Shown here piece by piece: positions 40,004 through 49,064 of a stretch of 64,000 bases of DNA. The stretch spans positions 808 to 64,807 of the forward strand of contig MHQP01000009.1 in assembly GCA_001820685.1 (NCBI GenBank). Reading direction: 5' to 3'. Position numbers and translations under genes: made by a program. The notes under the pieces are model-generated. The model made no database searches. It was not told the DNA's origin and was given only the letters and a program-made list of their open reading frames with translations. The stretch's first letter is position 1; the number at the start of each line of letters is the position of its first letter. The stretch is from Candidatus Sungbacteria bacterium RIFCSPLOWO2_01_FULL_47_32. GTDB lineage: Bacteria > Patescibacteriota > Minisyncoccia > Sungbacterales > GWA2-42-14.

Positions 40004-40501
40004 ATGGTAACGTTATATAATGTAACTTCTTCTGACGGATTTATTGCCCGAAAAGACGGGAGCGAGGACTTTATCCCCGACAACCTTTGGGTTAACTTTC
40101 TCAATCTTTGTAAGGAATACGGAACGATAATTATGGGACGAAAGACGTATGATACTATTCAAAAATATGATCAGGAGATATTAGCACCATTTGAAAAATT
40201 GCCAATTAGAAAAATTGTGGTAACTGCCAACCCAAAATTTTTCCCAAAGCAGGGTTATATAGTTGCACGTTCCCCGGAAGATGCTGTTCTCCTTGCGCCT
40301 AATGCTCTTGTTTCAAGCGGACCCACGCTTAACGATTATTTTTTGAAAAACGGTTTTGTAAAAAAGATTATTATTCATCAAGTATCGATTGCTATCGAAG
40401 AGGGCATAAAACCTTTTGAACAAAATAATGCCACCCTGGTTCCTGTTGAGGGAGTGCCACAGCTCGACGGTGTAAGGGTGAAAGAGTATGTTGTTGTCTA
40501 G
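40004..40501 (+). CDS. Dihydrofolate reductase/RibD C-terminal-like protein
   Basis: S.DGFIA, IMGRKTY, SGPTL and G.KPF. Confidence 0.85.
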   Translation: MVTLYNVTSSDGFIARKDGSEDFIPDNLWVNFLNLCKEYGTIIMGRKTYDTIQKYDQEILAPFEKLPIRKIVVTANPKFFPKQGYIVARSPEDAVLLAPNALVSSGPTLNDYFLKNGFVKKIIIHQVSIAIEEGIKPFEQNNATLVPVEGVPQLDGVRVKEYVVV

Positions 40502-40640
40502 TATCCGAGAAAGCTGGCAAACCGGAAACAGCTTCGAATTTTAAAACCCCCTCGCATTCGGGGGTTTAACTTTTTCCTGAAGTGGTGTATAGTAATAATC
40601 GGCTTCTTTGAAAAATCTGCGGAGCGGGTATCGAGGGCGC

Positions 40641-41051
40641 ATGGCTTACAGCGACAAGGTCAATGACCACTATAATAATCCCAGAAATGTCGGAACGTTA
40701 CCGAAGGACGACCCAAACGTTGGGACAGGCTTGGTTGGCGCTCCAGAATGCGGGGACGTCATGAAGCTTCAAATAAGAGTAAATCCCGAAACGGGCGTTA
40801 TCGAAGACGCGAAGTTCAAAACTTTCGGCTGCGGATCTGCCATCGCTTCCTCAAGCCTTGCCACAGAGTGGCTTAAAGGAAGAACGATTGAAGAGGCGGG
40901 AGAAATTAAAAATACTGATATTGTAAACGAACTGAAACTTCCGCCGGTAAAAATCCACTGTTCCGTCCTTGCAGAAGACGCAATCAAAGCCGCTCTTGAG
41001 AACTACCGGGAAAAACAAACCAACAAAAAGGAGGCAACCGATGGCAATTAA
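40641..41051 (+). CDS. iscU: Fe-S cluster scaffold IscU
   Basis: MAYSDKV.DHY.NPRNVG, APECGD, FGCGSAIASSS and LPPVKIHC. Confidence 0.97.
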   Translation: MAYSDKVNDHYNNPRNVGTLPKDDPNVGTGLVGAPECGDVMKLQIRVNPETGVIEDAKFKTFGCGSAIASSSLATEWLKGRTIEEAGEIKNTDIVNELKLPPVKIHCSVLAEDAIKAALENYREKQTNKKEATDGN

Positions 41052-41430
41052 GCTGACAGAGCGCGCAGTAGAGAAAGTAAAAGAATTGCGTGAAGATTTT
41101 GCGCATGAGAAAAATCTTCCGTCAGAGGCGGTATACCTTCGAATGGGTGTGAGGGGCGGGGGGTGTTCAGGCCTTTCATACAGTCTTGAATTTGATACGA
41201 AAAAGGAAGCAAGCGATAAGGTATTCGACCATGAATACCGTCGGGGCGAAGACGGAGTAGGGTTTGTTTGGGGATTTGAGGTCGTGGTTGATGTAAAAAG
41301 CTATCTTTTTCTGAACGGCGCAACCTTGGACTACGTAATCGAGGGACTCGGCGGCGGGTTTACGTTCGACAACCCTAACGCAAAGTCTTCCTGCGGGTGC
41401 GGAACCTCGTTCCAGCCGGAGGAGGGATAG
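41041..41430 (+). CDS. iscA: A-type Fe-S carrier IscA/HesB
   Basis: GGGCSG.SY and F.NPNA...CGCG.SF. Confidence 0.9.
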   Translation: MAIKLTERAVEKVKELREDFAHEKNLPSEAVYLRMGVRGGGCSGLSYSLEFDTKKEASDKVFDHEYRRGEDGVGFVWGFEVVVDVKSYLFLNGATLDYVIEGLGGGFTFDNPNAKSSCGCGTSFQPEEG

Positions 41431-41433
41431 ACA

Positions 41434-41802
41434 GTGAAACAGCACTGCAAGGATATGACGTTCTTCGTCGCCGATGACGCTTTCGACTATATTGTTGAGG
41501 CTCGGAACAATGCCGGGAAGCAGCACTGCGATTATATGCGCGTCTATATTCGTGAAGATGTGAAGAGTTGTTGCGGGCCGGCATACGGCTTTGAGTTCGC
41601 TGAATACAGCGAACCGCAGGACTATTATTTGCCATTCGAGAAGAGGGGTGTTGGAATTCTTCGTGTTCTTATCGATCCCAAGTGGAAAGATATTCTCAAC
41701 AATGTTGAAATAGTGCTGGTCGATATGCCAATGGTACCTATGGGGAAAGGGCTCAAGATCAAGAACCCGAACGTGCGGTCAAAATGCGCGTGCGGGAATT
41801 AA
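41434..41802 (+). CDS. Divergent HesB/IscA-like protein
   Basis: SCCG..Y.F and NPNV...CACG. Confidence 0.7.
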   Translation: MKQHCKDMTFFVADDAFDYIVEARNNAGKQHCDYMRVYIREDVKSCCGPAYGFEFAEYSEPQDYYLPFEKRGVGILRVLIDPKWKDILNNVEIVLVDMPMVPMGKGLKIKNPNVRSKCACGN

Positions 41803-41832
41803 TATAAAACGGCATACATGCCGTTTTTTTTG

Positions 41833-42408
41833 TTATATCGAGAGAAGGAGTCGGGCAATTCTTTCTTTTGTGTGTTGAAGCAGGAAACGCTTGCCGTAAT
41901 GAACCGCGTATGAGGAAACAATACCGACAACCGCCCCGGCCACAACATCCGATGGCCAATGGACGCCTGCCGCAACGCGGTTTATGGATATAGAAAACGC
42001 TATAAGCAAAAAAAGAAGCCCGCTTTTGCGGTAGCGGAAAAAAATCGTCATGCCGAGCGCAAAAAAGAATGCCGCGTGTCCCGAAGGAAACGAGGCTTCC
42101 TGTGGGTGTTCAATGAGCGTTGTAACCCCGCTTAGCGCTTCAAACGGGCGGAGCCTTTGCCAAAAAAAACGGATTATTTCAACAACAAAAAACCGTGAAA
42201 AAATTCCGGATGCCGCTATTTCAAGAACCAAAAAACGGTTTTTAAGTTTTTGGACTTCATCTTTATAAAAAAAGAAAAAAAGAACTGCGGCTGTTCCTGC
42301 GATATATGGCAAGTAGTGCGCTTTAAAAATTATTCCATTGTCAACCAACGGGTTCATGCCAGCCCATGAGTTTAACCATCTAAAAAGAGAAATATCGAGC
42401 GAATTCAT
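41833..42408 (-). CDS. PAP2 family phosphatase (BcrC-like undecaprenyl-PP phosphatase)
   Basis: R.RP, SFPSGH and R...GVHWPSDV. Confidence 0.9.
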   Translation of the reverse strand: MNSLDISLFRWLNSWAGMNPLVDNGIIFKAHYLPYIAGTAAVLFFFFYKDEVQKLKNRFLVLEIAASGIFSRFFVVEIIRFFWQRLRPFEALSGVTTLIEHPQEASFPSGHAAFFFALGMTIFFRYRKSGLLFLLIAFSISINRVAAGVHWPSDVVAGAVVGIVSSYAVHYGKRFLLQHTKERIARLLLSI

Positions 42409-42410
42409 AG

Positions 42411-43241
42411 TTATTTTTGCAGTTTAGCGAGTGTTATTAAATTCTTGAAAAGGAGCGCTACCGTAACCGGCCCGACACCCCCCGGAACGGGCGTGATGTA
42501 AGACGCTTTTTTCGATACGCCATCAAAGTCAATATCTCCCACAAGTTTTCCTTCGGATTCCGACGTTCCCGCGTCTATCGCAATTACGCCCTCTTTGACC
42601 ATATCGGCCGTGATAAGCTTCGGTTTTCCGGCTCCGCTTATGATAATATCGGCGTGCTCAATAAATTCAGAAATATCCTTGGTGTGCTCATCAACAACCG
42701 AGAATGTTGCGTGTTCGCGGAGAAGATCTATTGCAATAGGGCGCCCTACGAGTTTTCCGGAACCGACGAGAACGACAGACTTGCCGGCGTACGTCAGAGA
42801 ATATTCTTTTAGGAATGCACGAACTGCCCCGACGACAGGAGGCACAATATGAGAACGTCCGGTCGCAAAATTGCCGATAGCGCGGCTAGAAAGCATGTCG
42901 ACGTCTTTTTCAGGAATGACGGAGTTCAAAATATATTGAGTATTGATATTCTCCGGAAGCGGCAACTGAACGACAAGCCCCGTTGTTGTTTTGTTGTGCG
43001 CGATATCGAATATCTTCTTTCTCAATTCATTTGTTGTGATGCGGGCGTCAAACCGATGAATGCGAAAATCCGATCCGATGGATTCGGCCGCCTTATTCTT
43101 TTGAGAAACAAATTTTTCCACTACCGGATGGTCTCCGACGATCACAACATCAAGTCGCACCTTTTTTGGGATGTGCGCGAGCTCGCTTCGCATTTCGGCG
43201 AATATTTTTTGAGAAAGGGTTTTCCCGTCGAGAAGTATCAT
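42411..43241 (-). CDS. folD: Methylenetetrahydrofolate dehydrogenase/cyclohydrolase
   Basis: LDGK, QLPLP, KDVD, GKLVGRP and TPVPGGVGP.TV. Start at ATG 43241. Confidence 0.93.
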   Translation of the reverse strand: MILLDGKTLSQKIFAEMRSELAHIPKKVRLDVVIVGDHPVVEKFVSQKNKAAESIGSDFRIHRFDARITTNELRKKIFDIAHNKTTTGLVVQLPLPENINTQYILNSVIPEKDVDMLSSRAIGNFATGRSHIVPPVVGAVRAFLKEYSLTYAGKSVVLVGSGKLVGRPIAIDLLREHATFSVVDEHTKDISEFIEHADIIISGAGKPKLITADMVKEGVIAIDAGTSESEGKLVGDIDFDGVSKKASYITPVPGGVGPVTVALLFKNLITLAKLQK

Positions 43242-43308
43242 ACCCGTGAATATACCAGATTTTTTGCATTTTGGCAAAGAAAAAAGGAAGCAGTAATGCT
43301 TCCATATA

Positions 43309-43623
43309 TTAATGGACAGGAACGCCTCCGGTGCAATAGTACTCTCTATAGATCGGATATCCGCCACCGGAATACCTCATGTATTCGCGGAAGATGAACC
43401 TGGGGTTTGCGTTCCGGAAGATATATCCTCCCTGAATCGTTATATCAACCTTGGGCTCTCCAACCGGTTTGCCCCAAAGGGTTGGTTGGTATGAGTAAAT
43501 ATGCGTAATCTCATAACACGGTGACTGATGTCTCGACCGGTCTTTCCGGACCGTGAGCTCAATAGTGCCGCAACCCGCAAGAATTGTAAGACAGAATGCA
43601 AAAGCAAGAGCTTTTTTAAGCAT
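43309..43623 (-). CDS. Small lipoprotein
   Basis: Lipobox LAGC and AAGGA SD; lies just downstream of glyA. Confidence 0.6.
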   Translation of the reverse strand: MLKKALAFAFCLTILAGCGTIELTVRKDRSRHQSPCYEITHIYSYQPTLWGKPVGEPKVDITIQGGYIFRNANPRFIFREYMRYSGGGYPIYREYYCTGGVPVH

Positions 43624-43636
43624 GTATCCTTTCTCC

Positions 43637-44902
43637 TTATGTGGGGAATTTTCTGCAAAGAGTTTTTACCTTGTTATATGTAGCTGAAGGATTTGAAATT
43701 GTCAAGGCTTCGTAGATTAATTGTGCAACAAGTTTCATTTCACATTCTTTCATGCCTCGCGTTGTGATTGAGGGCGTTCCGATACGGATGCCGGAAGGGT
43801 CGAATGGAGAGCGCGTGTCGTAGGGGATAGTATTGCGGTTCACGATGATGCCGACATCTTCAAGGCAGTTTTGTCCCTCTTTTCCGGAGATGCCGAGATT
43901 TGTGAGATCAATCAGCATCAAATGATTTTCGGTGCCTCCGGAGACAAGTTCAAGCCCGAACTGCTTCAGTTCTCCTGCAAGTGTTTTCGCGTTCCTCACA
44001 ATCTGTTTTCCATATGCCTTGAAAGCCGGCTTCGTTGCTTCTTCAAGGCATACCGCAATGGCTGCGGTTTGGTTGTCGTGGGGTCCACCCTGAAGTCCCG
44101 GAAAAATCGCTTTGTCGAGTAAGGAAGCGCTATCAACACCGTGTTTTTTTGCAATTTCCGATTCGCGATTCACGAAGATAAGAGCGCCTCGCGGGCCACG
44201 AAGTGTTTTATGCGTCGTTGTTGTTACAATATCCGCATATGGAAATGGTGAAGGGTGCGCGCCCGCGGCAATAAGTCCCGCGATGTGCGCCATGTCAACC
44301 ATAAAGTAGGCTCCGACGTCATCGGCAATACGCCTGAATTTTTTAAAGTCGATAACGCGCGGATACGCAGTAGCGCCCGCAATGATAAGTTTGGGATGTT
44401 CTTTGTGGGCAAGCGTTGCGACTTCGTCGTAGTTGATGAGACCATCGCGCCCAACGCCGTATTGAACGGCAGTATAAAACTTTCCTGAAGCGCTCACTTT
44501 CCATCCGTGCGTTAAGTGGCCGCCAAAGGGGAGCGACATGCCCATTAATTTTTCTCCCGGCTGGAGGAGTCCTACATACACGGCAAAATTTGCGGGAGAG
44601 CCGGAAAGGGCCTGCACGTTTACATGCCAATTCTGCCCGAGGTGGAAAACTTTTCTTGCTCGGTTTTGCGCGAGCGTCTCTATTTCGTCAACAAATTGGT
44701 TTCCTCCATAGTAGCGTTTTCCGGGATATCCTTCCGAATACTTATTCGTAAGAGAAGAGCCGAGAGCTTCAAGGACTGCTTTTGATACAATGTTCTCTGA
44801 AGGGATGAGGTCGAGAGTTTCTGTTTGGCGGCGAGTTTCCTTCGTGATGAGTTCAGCTATTTTTTTATCCGTTTTTTTAAGAGGTAGTTTTGAGGTTTTC
44901 AT
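43637..44902 (-). CDS. glyA: Serine hydroxymethyltransferase
   Basis: LIPSEN, NKYSEGYPG.RYY, GGHLTHG, TTTTHKTLRGPRG and GIRIGT. Confidence 0.97.
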   Translation of the reverse strand: MKTSKLPLKKTDKKIAELITKETRRQTETLDLIPSENIVSKAVLEALGSSLTNKYSEGYPGKRYYGGNQFVDEIETLAQNRARKVFHLGQNWHVNVQALSGSPANFAVYVGLLQPGEKLMGMSLPFGGHLTHGWKVSASGKFYTAVQYGVGRDGLINYDEVATLAHKEHPKLIIAGATAYPRVIDFKKFRRIADDVGAYFMVDMAHIAGLIAAGAHPSPFPYADIVTTTTHKTLRGPRGALIFVNRESEIAKKHGVDSASLLDKAIFPGLQGGPHDNQTAAIAVCLEEATKPAFKAYGKQIVRNAKTLAGELKQFGLELVSGGTENHLMLIDLTNLGISGKEGQNCLEDVGIIVNRNTIPYDTRSPFDPSGIRIGTPSITTRGMKECEMKLVAQLIYEALTISNPSATYNKVKTLCRKFPT

Positions 44903-45027
44903 AGTATTTTTAATTGTAGGCCACGGAGTGTTTTTCTGCAATTCATTGTGGATAACTTTCGAGTGACCGAAGGCGGCTTTTCTGATACACCTGTGTACAG
45001 GTATTTGAAAATAAAAAAGAGAGTGGC

Positions 45028-45846
45028 ATGAGCCCGAAAGAGAAAGCGGGAGCCAAATCGAATGTTTTCGTGTTTGACGGCGACGATACTCTTTGGATGA
45101 ACGAATGGCAGTATTCCCAGGCGTACTCGGACTTCTTCAGCTATTTATATAAAATTTTTGGGAATAAAACGCCGAACCTTCACTATCTCCAAGAGCGTTA
45201 TTTCCGTACCGAGGGTGAGATGTATAAGGAGTGGGGCATTCGCAGGGGGAGGCTCGCGGAAGCCATGATCCAAACATATCGGGATATATGCAATTGGGCG
45301 CTCTGGAGATTCGAAGCCGACCTGTGGCGGGAGGAGCACGAAGTATATATCCGAAAGATAGGCGACCAGCCGTTTGATTTCGGAAGGCTCGAGTGGCTTT
45401 CCGGAGCAAAATCCATTTTGTCATACCTGAAGCGGCGAGGGCACATGGTCTGTTTTCTTTCGAGCTATGACAAAAAAGTTTTCCCCCAGCGGGCAGAATT
45501 CCTCGGATTGTATGAATTTTTCTCCAAAGAAAATATTCTTCTTACGGAAGGCAAAAAAACAAAGGATGATTTTGTAATGGTAAGCGGCTGGCAAAAAGAA
45601 ACTGACGCTACCCGCGCGTGGTATGCCATTGGAAACGGCGAATCAGATATTTTGCCCCCGCTTGAAATATCGGAAAACTGGCACGGCATCTACATCCCAC
45701 ATGGGTCGACGTCCCGCTATCTTGCCTCGGAATATTTCAAGGAAGGCGGAAGGGCGCTTAACTTCATGCCGCCTCCCATGGAAAATTCGCGTGTTCAAAC
45801 AATACGATCCATCGGGTGCCTGCCCACCGACGTTACAGGGGCATAA
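45028..45846 (+). CDS. HAD-superfamily hydrolase
   Basis: FDGDDTLW, a conserved K and IGN..SDI.P. Confidence 0.85.
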   Translation: MSPKEKAGAKSNVFVFDGDDTLWMNEWQYSQAYSDFFSYLYKIFGNKTPNLHYLQERYFRTEGEMYKEWGIRRGRLAEAMIQTYRDICNWALWRFEADLWREEHEVYIRKIGDQPFDFGRLEWLSGAKSILSYLKRRGHMVCFLSSYDKKVFPQRAEFLGLYEFFSKENILLTEGKKTKDDFVMVSGWQKETDATRAWYAIGNGESDILPPLEISENWHGIYIPHGSTSRYLASEYFKEGGRALNFMPPPMENSRVQTIRSIGCLPTDVTGA

Positions 45847-45850
45847 AAAT

Positions 45851-45872
45851 AAATCCGCCCAAGGGCGGATTT
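45851..45872. terminator. Bidirectional terminator
   Basis: aaatccgccc-aa-gggcggattt. Confidence 0.75.
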
Positions 45873-46509
45873 ATTGTATCCGTAATCCATTTTTTACCGT
45901 CTTAAGAAAATTATTTTTATGGCTTTCGTTCGAGACAAGATCAAGGGTGTCGGTATTGACGGTTATGATATTCAAATTGGTGTGTTCGCGTATCCACTCT
46001 TTTTGGAGTTCGGAAAGGAGACTCACATATGACATATCAACCTCTTTTTCGAAATCGCGCGAGCGTTTTTTAATGCGCGACTCAACGACAGGAAGCGAGG
46101 CCTCAAGTCCGACAATAAGGTCCGGAACAGGGAGGTCTTCTTTCAGAGTATTGTAAAAGCCGGCATAGAGGCTGTATTCGTCTTCGCTTGTATATCCGAG
46201 TACTTTTGAGGCTTTCGCGTACGTAAAGTGGTCCTGATAAATGGGGGTATCCTGGACGACGCTTACACGCGAAAGAAGATCTTTTACGCGATTCAGTTGT
46301 TTTGCTTTTTCATAAAGGTAGAAGAGCTGTGTCGGAAGTGCCCATCGCTTGGCATCTTTGTAAAAAAGGGGGAGAAAAGCGTTTTCAGCGACGTTTTCTT
46401 CAAACAGATAAAATCCAAGTTCTTGCGCAAGAAGATTTGCCGCTGTTGTTTTCCCGGAGCCCATGACTCCGGCGATCGAAATGTAGTATGTTTTACTTTT
46501 CCCTTCCAT
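45871..46509 (-). CDS. Deoxynucleoside kinase
   Basis: G..GSGKTT, L..FY.D..RW...Q, PDL and RI..R.R..E. Confidence 0.9.
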   Translation of the reverse strand: MEGKSKTYYISIAGVMGSGKTTAANLLAQELGFYLFEENVAENAFLPLFYKDAKRWALPTQLFYLYEKAKQLNRVKDLLSRVSVVQDTPIYQDHFTYAKASKVLGYTSEDEYSLYAGFYNTLKEDLPVPDLIVGLEASLPVVESRIKKRSRDFEKEVDMSYVSLLSELQKEWIREHTNLNIITVNTDTLDLVSNESHKNNFLKTVKNGLRIQ

Positions 46510-46576
46510 ATATACTTTTTATCATAAATCAGCCGTGAAGTAAATTAAAAAACGCCCCGATGACCGTCGGGGCGGT

Positions 46577-46996
46577 TTAGGAGAAGCTATGGCGCCTCAC
46601 CAGGCGTTTTTTAATTTTCTTCGTTGTTTCCTTTGAAAGCGAGCGGGATGCCGGGTGTGGCATCAATACGATCGGCACGCCGGGAACGAGTTTACGGAGT
46701 GATTCTTTGGCTACCGCACCGCATACAAGAATGATATTCTGATGGACAGCACGAATCCTTCTCTTTATGTGTGCGGCATCCGGAGGAAAGACTCCGCTCG
46801 GCATGTCCGCCAAAAGAGGGTTTGCGTTGGCGAAACGAATTCGATAAAGCCGGAGAGGTAAAACTTCGCGAAAGAGGCATGTTCCGGTTCGTGACGCCCG
46901 GAACTCTTTTCGCCAAACGGCGGGATGCCATTTTTGCAGCTTCCCCCGCTTCCACGGACACTGGAGAACGACAAGGAGAACTGGCTGTGTGCCCAT
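46577..46996 (-). CDS. Small uracil-DNA-glycosylase-superfamily-like protein
   Basis: VLQ.P, SRTG..L, N, ILVCG.VA and MPHPA motifs. Confidence 0.55.
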   Translation of the reverse strand: MGTQPVLLVVLQCPWKRGKLQKWHPAVWRKEFRASRTGTCLFREVLPLRLYRIRFANANPLLADMPSGVFPPDAAHIKRRIRAVHQNIILVCGAVAKESLRKLVPGVPIVLMPHPASRSLSKETTKKIKKRLVRRHSFS

Positions 46997-46998
46997 TC

Positions 46999-47406
46999 TT
47001 AATTCAGAAGAAAATCCACGCGGGACCGCAAAAGCAGATAACGTTTCCGGACGCTTTGTATCTTGAGCAGCCGGGGGCGGCTGATTGTTCTCCCGGAAGA
47101 GCCCATGGATGTCCGTATGAATATATCATACGGAAAGTCCGCGGGAAATTGCTCCTTCGAGAGGTCTATAGTTTGAGTGTTTGCCGCAAGCATATTCCAA
47201 CAATGCGTCTTAAAGCCAAGTTTTTTTGCCCAGCGAGGCGAAAGCCTGCCCTGTCTCAAGGTTCCGCCAAAAAAGTCCTGCACAACGAATGCGGCAACAA
47301 GGCAGTGCCCCTGCAGAGGATTTTCTTTTGTCCAAAGGCGTGGAGTGAAGCTTGTTTCAGCCGAAGCGGCCTTCTTAAGGACTGTTTTCAGGCGCTGGAG
47401 GGGCAT
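46999..47406 (-). CDS. YunG-like protein
   Basis: W...NP..GHC...A..VQD.FGG, H.WN and IDL..EQF. Confidence 0.7.
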   Translation of the reverse strand: MPLQRLKTVLKKAASAETSFTPRLWTKENPLQGHCLVAAFVVQDFFGGTLRQGRLSPRWAKKLGFKTHCWNMLAANTQTIDLSKEQFPADFPYDIFIRTSMGSSGRTISRPRLLKIQSVRKRYLLLRSRVDFLLN

Positions 47407-47596
47407 GGTTCGCTTCCTCACTATCAACGTTCTATCGATAACGGTACATAAATAGAAATATTTTGCAAAAAAAAACCGCACAAAAGCGGTTTCCTATAAG
47501 ACTGTGTGAGCAAAAATAGTTTTCTGAAAACGCTCACTCGACGAGTTTGCGTGGTTTATCCAGCAACGTGGCTGTTTTTCCTTAAGTAAACCCTCA

Positions 47597-47690
47597 AAGC
47601 GAAGCTGGCAGATTTTTCTTCGTCGGGCTGGCGGTGGGGTCAAACAAGTATATACAGTAAAGGCGCGAAGAAAAATCTGCTAGCGAGCGA
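47597..47690 (-). repeat. Dispersed hairpin element, copy 6 (inverted); overlaps the dcd stop codon
   Basis: 19-nt arms (47604-47622 / 47666-47684) around a 43-nt core (47623-47665). Flanks read TCGCTC and TCGCTT on the minus strand. Confidence 0.9.
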
Positions 47691-48357
47691 CCTCCCAATC
47701 CTTGTGCATCTGCGGAATCATCATGTGGGGATTCCACGACGCCTTTACTTCTTCAATATCCTGCGAGCGCTGGTATTTTCCTCCTTCTCCGACATAGTCC
47801 ACCGTCGCTGCTTTTAGGGGCTCAACCTCATAGAACACCATTTGGGCGATTCTTCTCCCGACAACAAGCGGGATTGTAAAATTCTGCGAATTATTCGTTA
47901 TCTCCATCGTCCATTTGTTGAAATATCCGACATCTCCCCACCCGGCGTCTTTGCAAACCTCAATAAAATTTCTTCCAAGAGAGGAGCGGGCGTACATTTT
48001 TCCTACGCAAATATCGCGCCCTCCGATGAATTCTTGGGTATGTCCCAAAACGGTCTCTCCCGGTTTCAATAAAATAACTTGTTCTGTCGGTTTGATATTT
48101 TTCAGGGCGACACCGGTCCTTTTTGTAACGTCAGACGCGGTTTCCGCCTCAAAAGGGCCCGTCCACACCCGTTTGGTTGAGTCTTCGTCGTAGATGTTAT
48201 GGAGCGTAGCACCTCCTTCGGGCGACCCCTCGCGCCAAAACCACTCGCCGAGCGTTACGTCATAGCTCGTCGTTTTGAGTTTCCGGTCATCAAAAGGCTC
48301 TATAACGATAGTCCCTCTCTTCATGTGCCGGACGATCGCGTCGCGTGAAAGTAGCAT
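47680..48357 (-). CDS. dcd: dCTP deaminase
   Basis: SYDVTLG, ARSSLGR, D.GY...WTMEI.N, IAQ..F and GKYQ. Confidence 0.9.
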   Translation of the reverse strand: MLLSRDAIVRHMKRGTIVIEPFDDRKLKTTSYDVTLGEWFWREGSPEGGATLHNIYDEDSTKRVWTGPFEAETASDVTKRTGVALKNIKPTEQVILLKPGETVLGHTQEFIGGRDICVGKMYARSSLGRNFIEVCKDAGWGDVGYFNKWTMEITNNSQNFTIPLVVGRRIAQMVFYEVEPLKAATVDYVGEGGKYQRSQDIEEVKASWNPHMMIPQMHKDWEVAR

Positions 48358-48428
48358 GGTAAAAAGATGCTGCGCTTCAAAGCAGGAATGCCTTGCGACA
48401 TGCGCTTACAAGTAGATGTTTCTCTATT

Positions 48429-49064
48429 CTAAAACCGCCGCAATAATTGGTCAAGTTCCCCCCTTGTCATGATACCGGAACGCAAAACAATCGGAGAATT
48501 TTTGGTAAGATCAACGAGCATTGACGGCTCGCTCGATATCTCTCCGGCATCAATGATAAGGTCGGGCCTTTCTTTTTCTTTCGCAAAATAGTGTTCGATT
48601 TCTTTAGTGTTTTTTGCGGGCGGCATGCCGGAAATATTTGCGGAGGTTTGAGCGAGCGGGACATCCATTTTATCCAAAACTTCTTTTAAAAACTTATGGT
48701 CCGGCATTCGGAGCGCTAGTGTTTCAAGGTTTCCCGTAAGGATTTTTGGGAGTTTGCCTTTATGGTGGAACACTGCCGAAACAGCGCCCGGCCAGACTCT
48801 CTCAAGAAACTCCGCCTTTTCGTCCGAGATATACGCAAGGCGCCGAGCAGATGCGATGTCCTTAACAAAAATCGGCAACGCTTTTTCTTTCAATCTGGTT
48901 TTTATCCGGAATATTTTTTTTATTGCATCAGTGTTCATTGCGTCGGCCACAAGACCATACACGGTGTCTGTCGGAAGTGCAAGAACTTTTCCTTTTTTGA
49001 GAAAAGAAACTGTCTGAAAGATGATTTCTTCAAAATTTTTAGCTTCAAGTGTCACGGTTTTCAT
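48429..49064 (-). CDS. tsaC: L-threonylcarbamoyladenylate synthase
   Basis: PTDTVYGL, K.R, WPG, RMP, TSANISG and R.G. Confidence 0.92.
   Translation of the reverse strand: MKTVTLEAKNFEEIIFQTVSFLKKGKVLALPTDTVYGLVADAMNTDAIKKIFRIKTRLKEKALPIFVKDIASARRLAYISDEKAEFLERVWPGAVSAVFHHKGKLPKILTGNLETLALRMPDHKFLKEVLDKMDVPLAQTSANISGMPPAKNTKEIEHYFAKEKERPDLIIDAGEISSEPSMLVDLTKNSPIVLRSGIMTRGELDQLLRRF

Noticed and set aside
44947-44955. Perfect DnaA box TGTGGATAA, plus weak boxes near 58091-58115, as oriC
   Set aside because: The boxes are isolated, with no cluster, DUE or dnaA/dnaN nearby. At most this is a regulatory site upstream of glyA.
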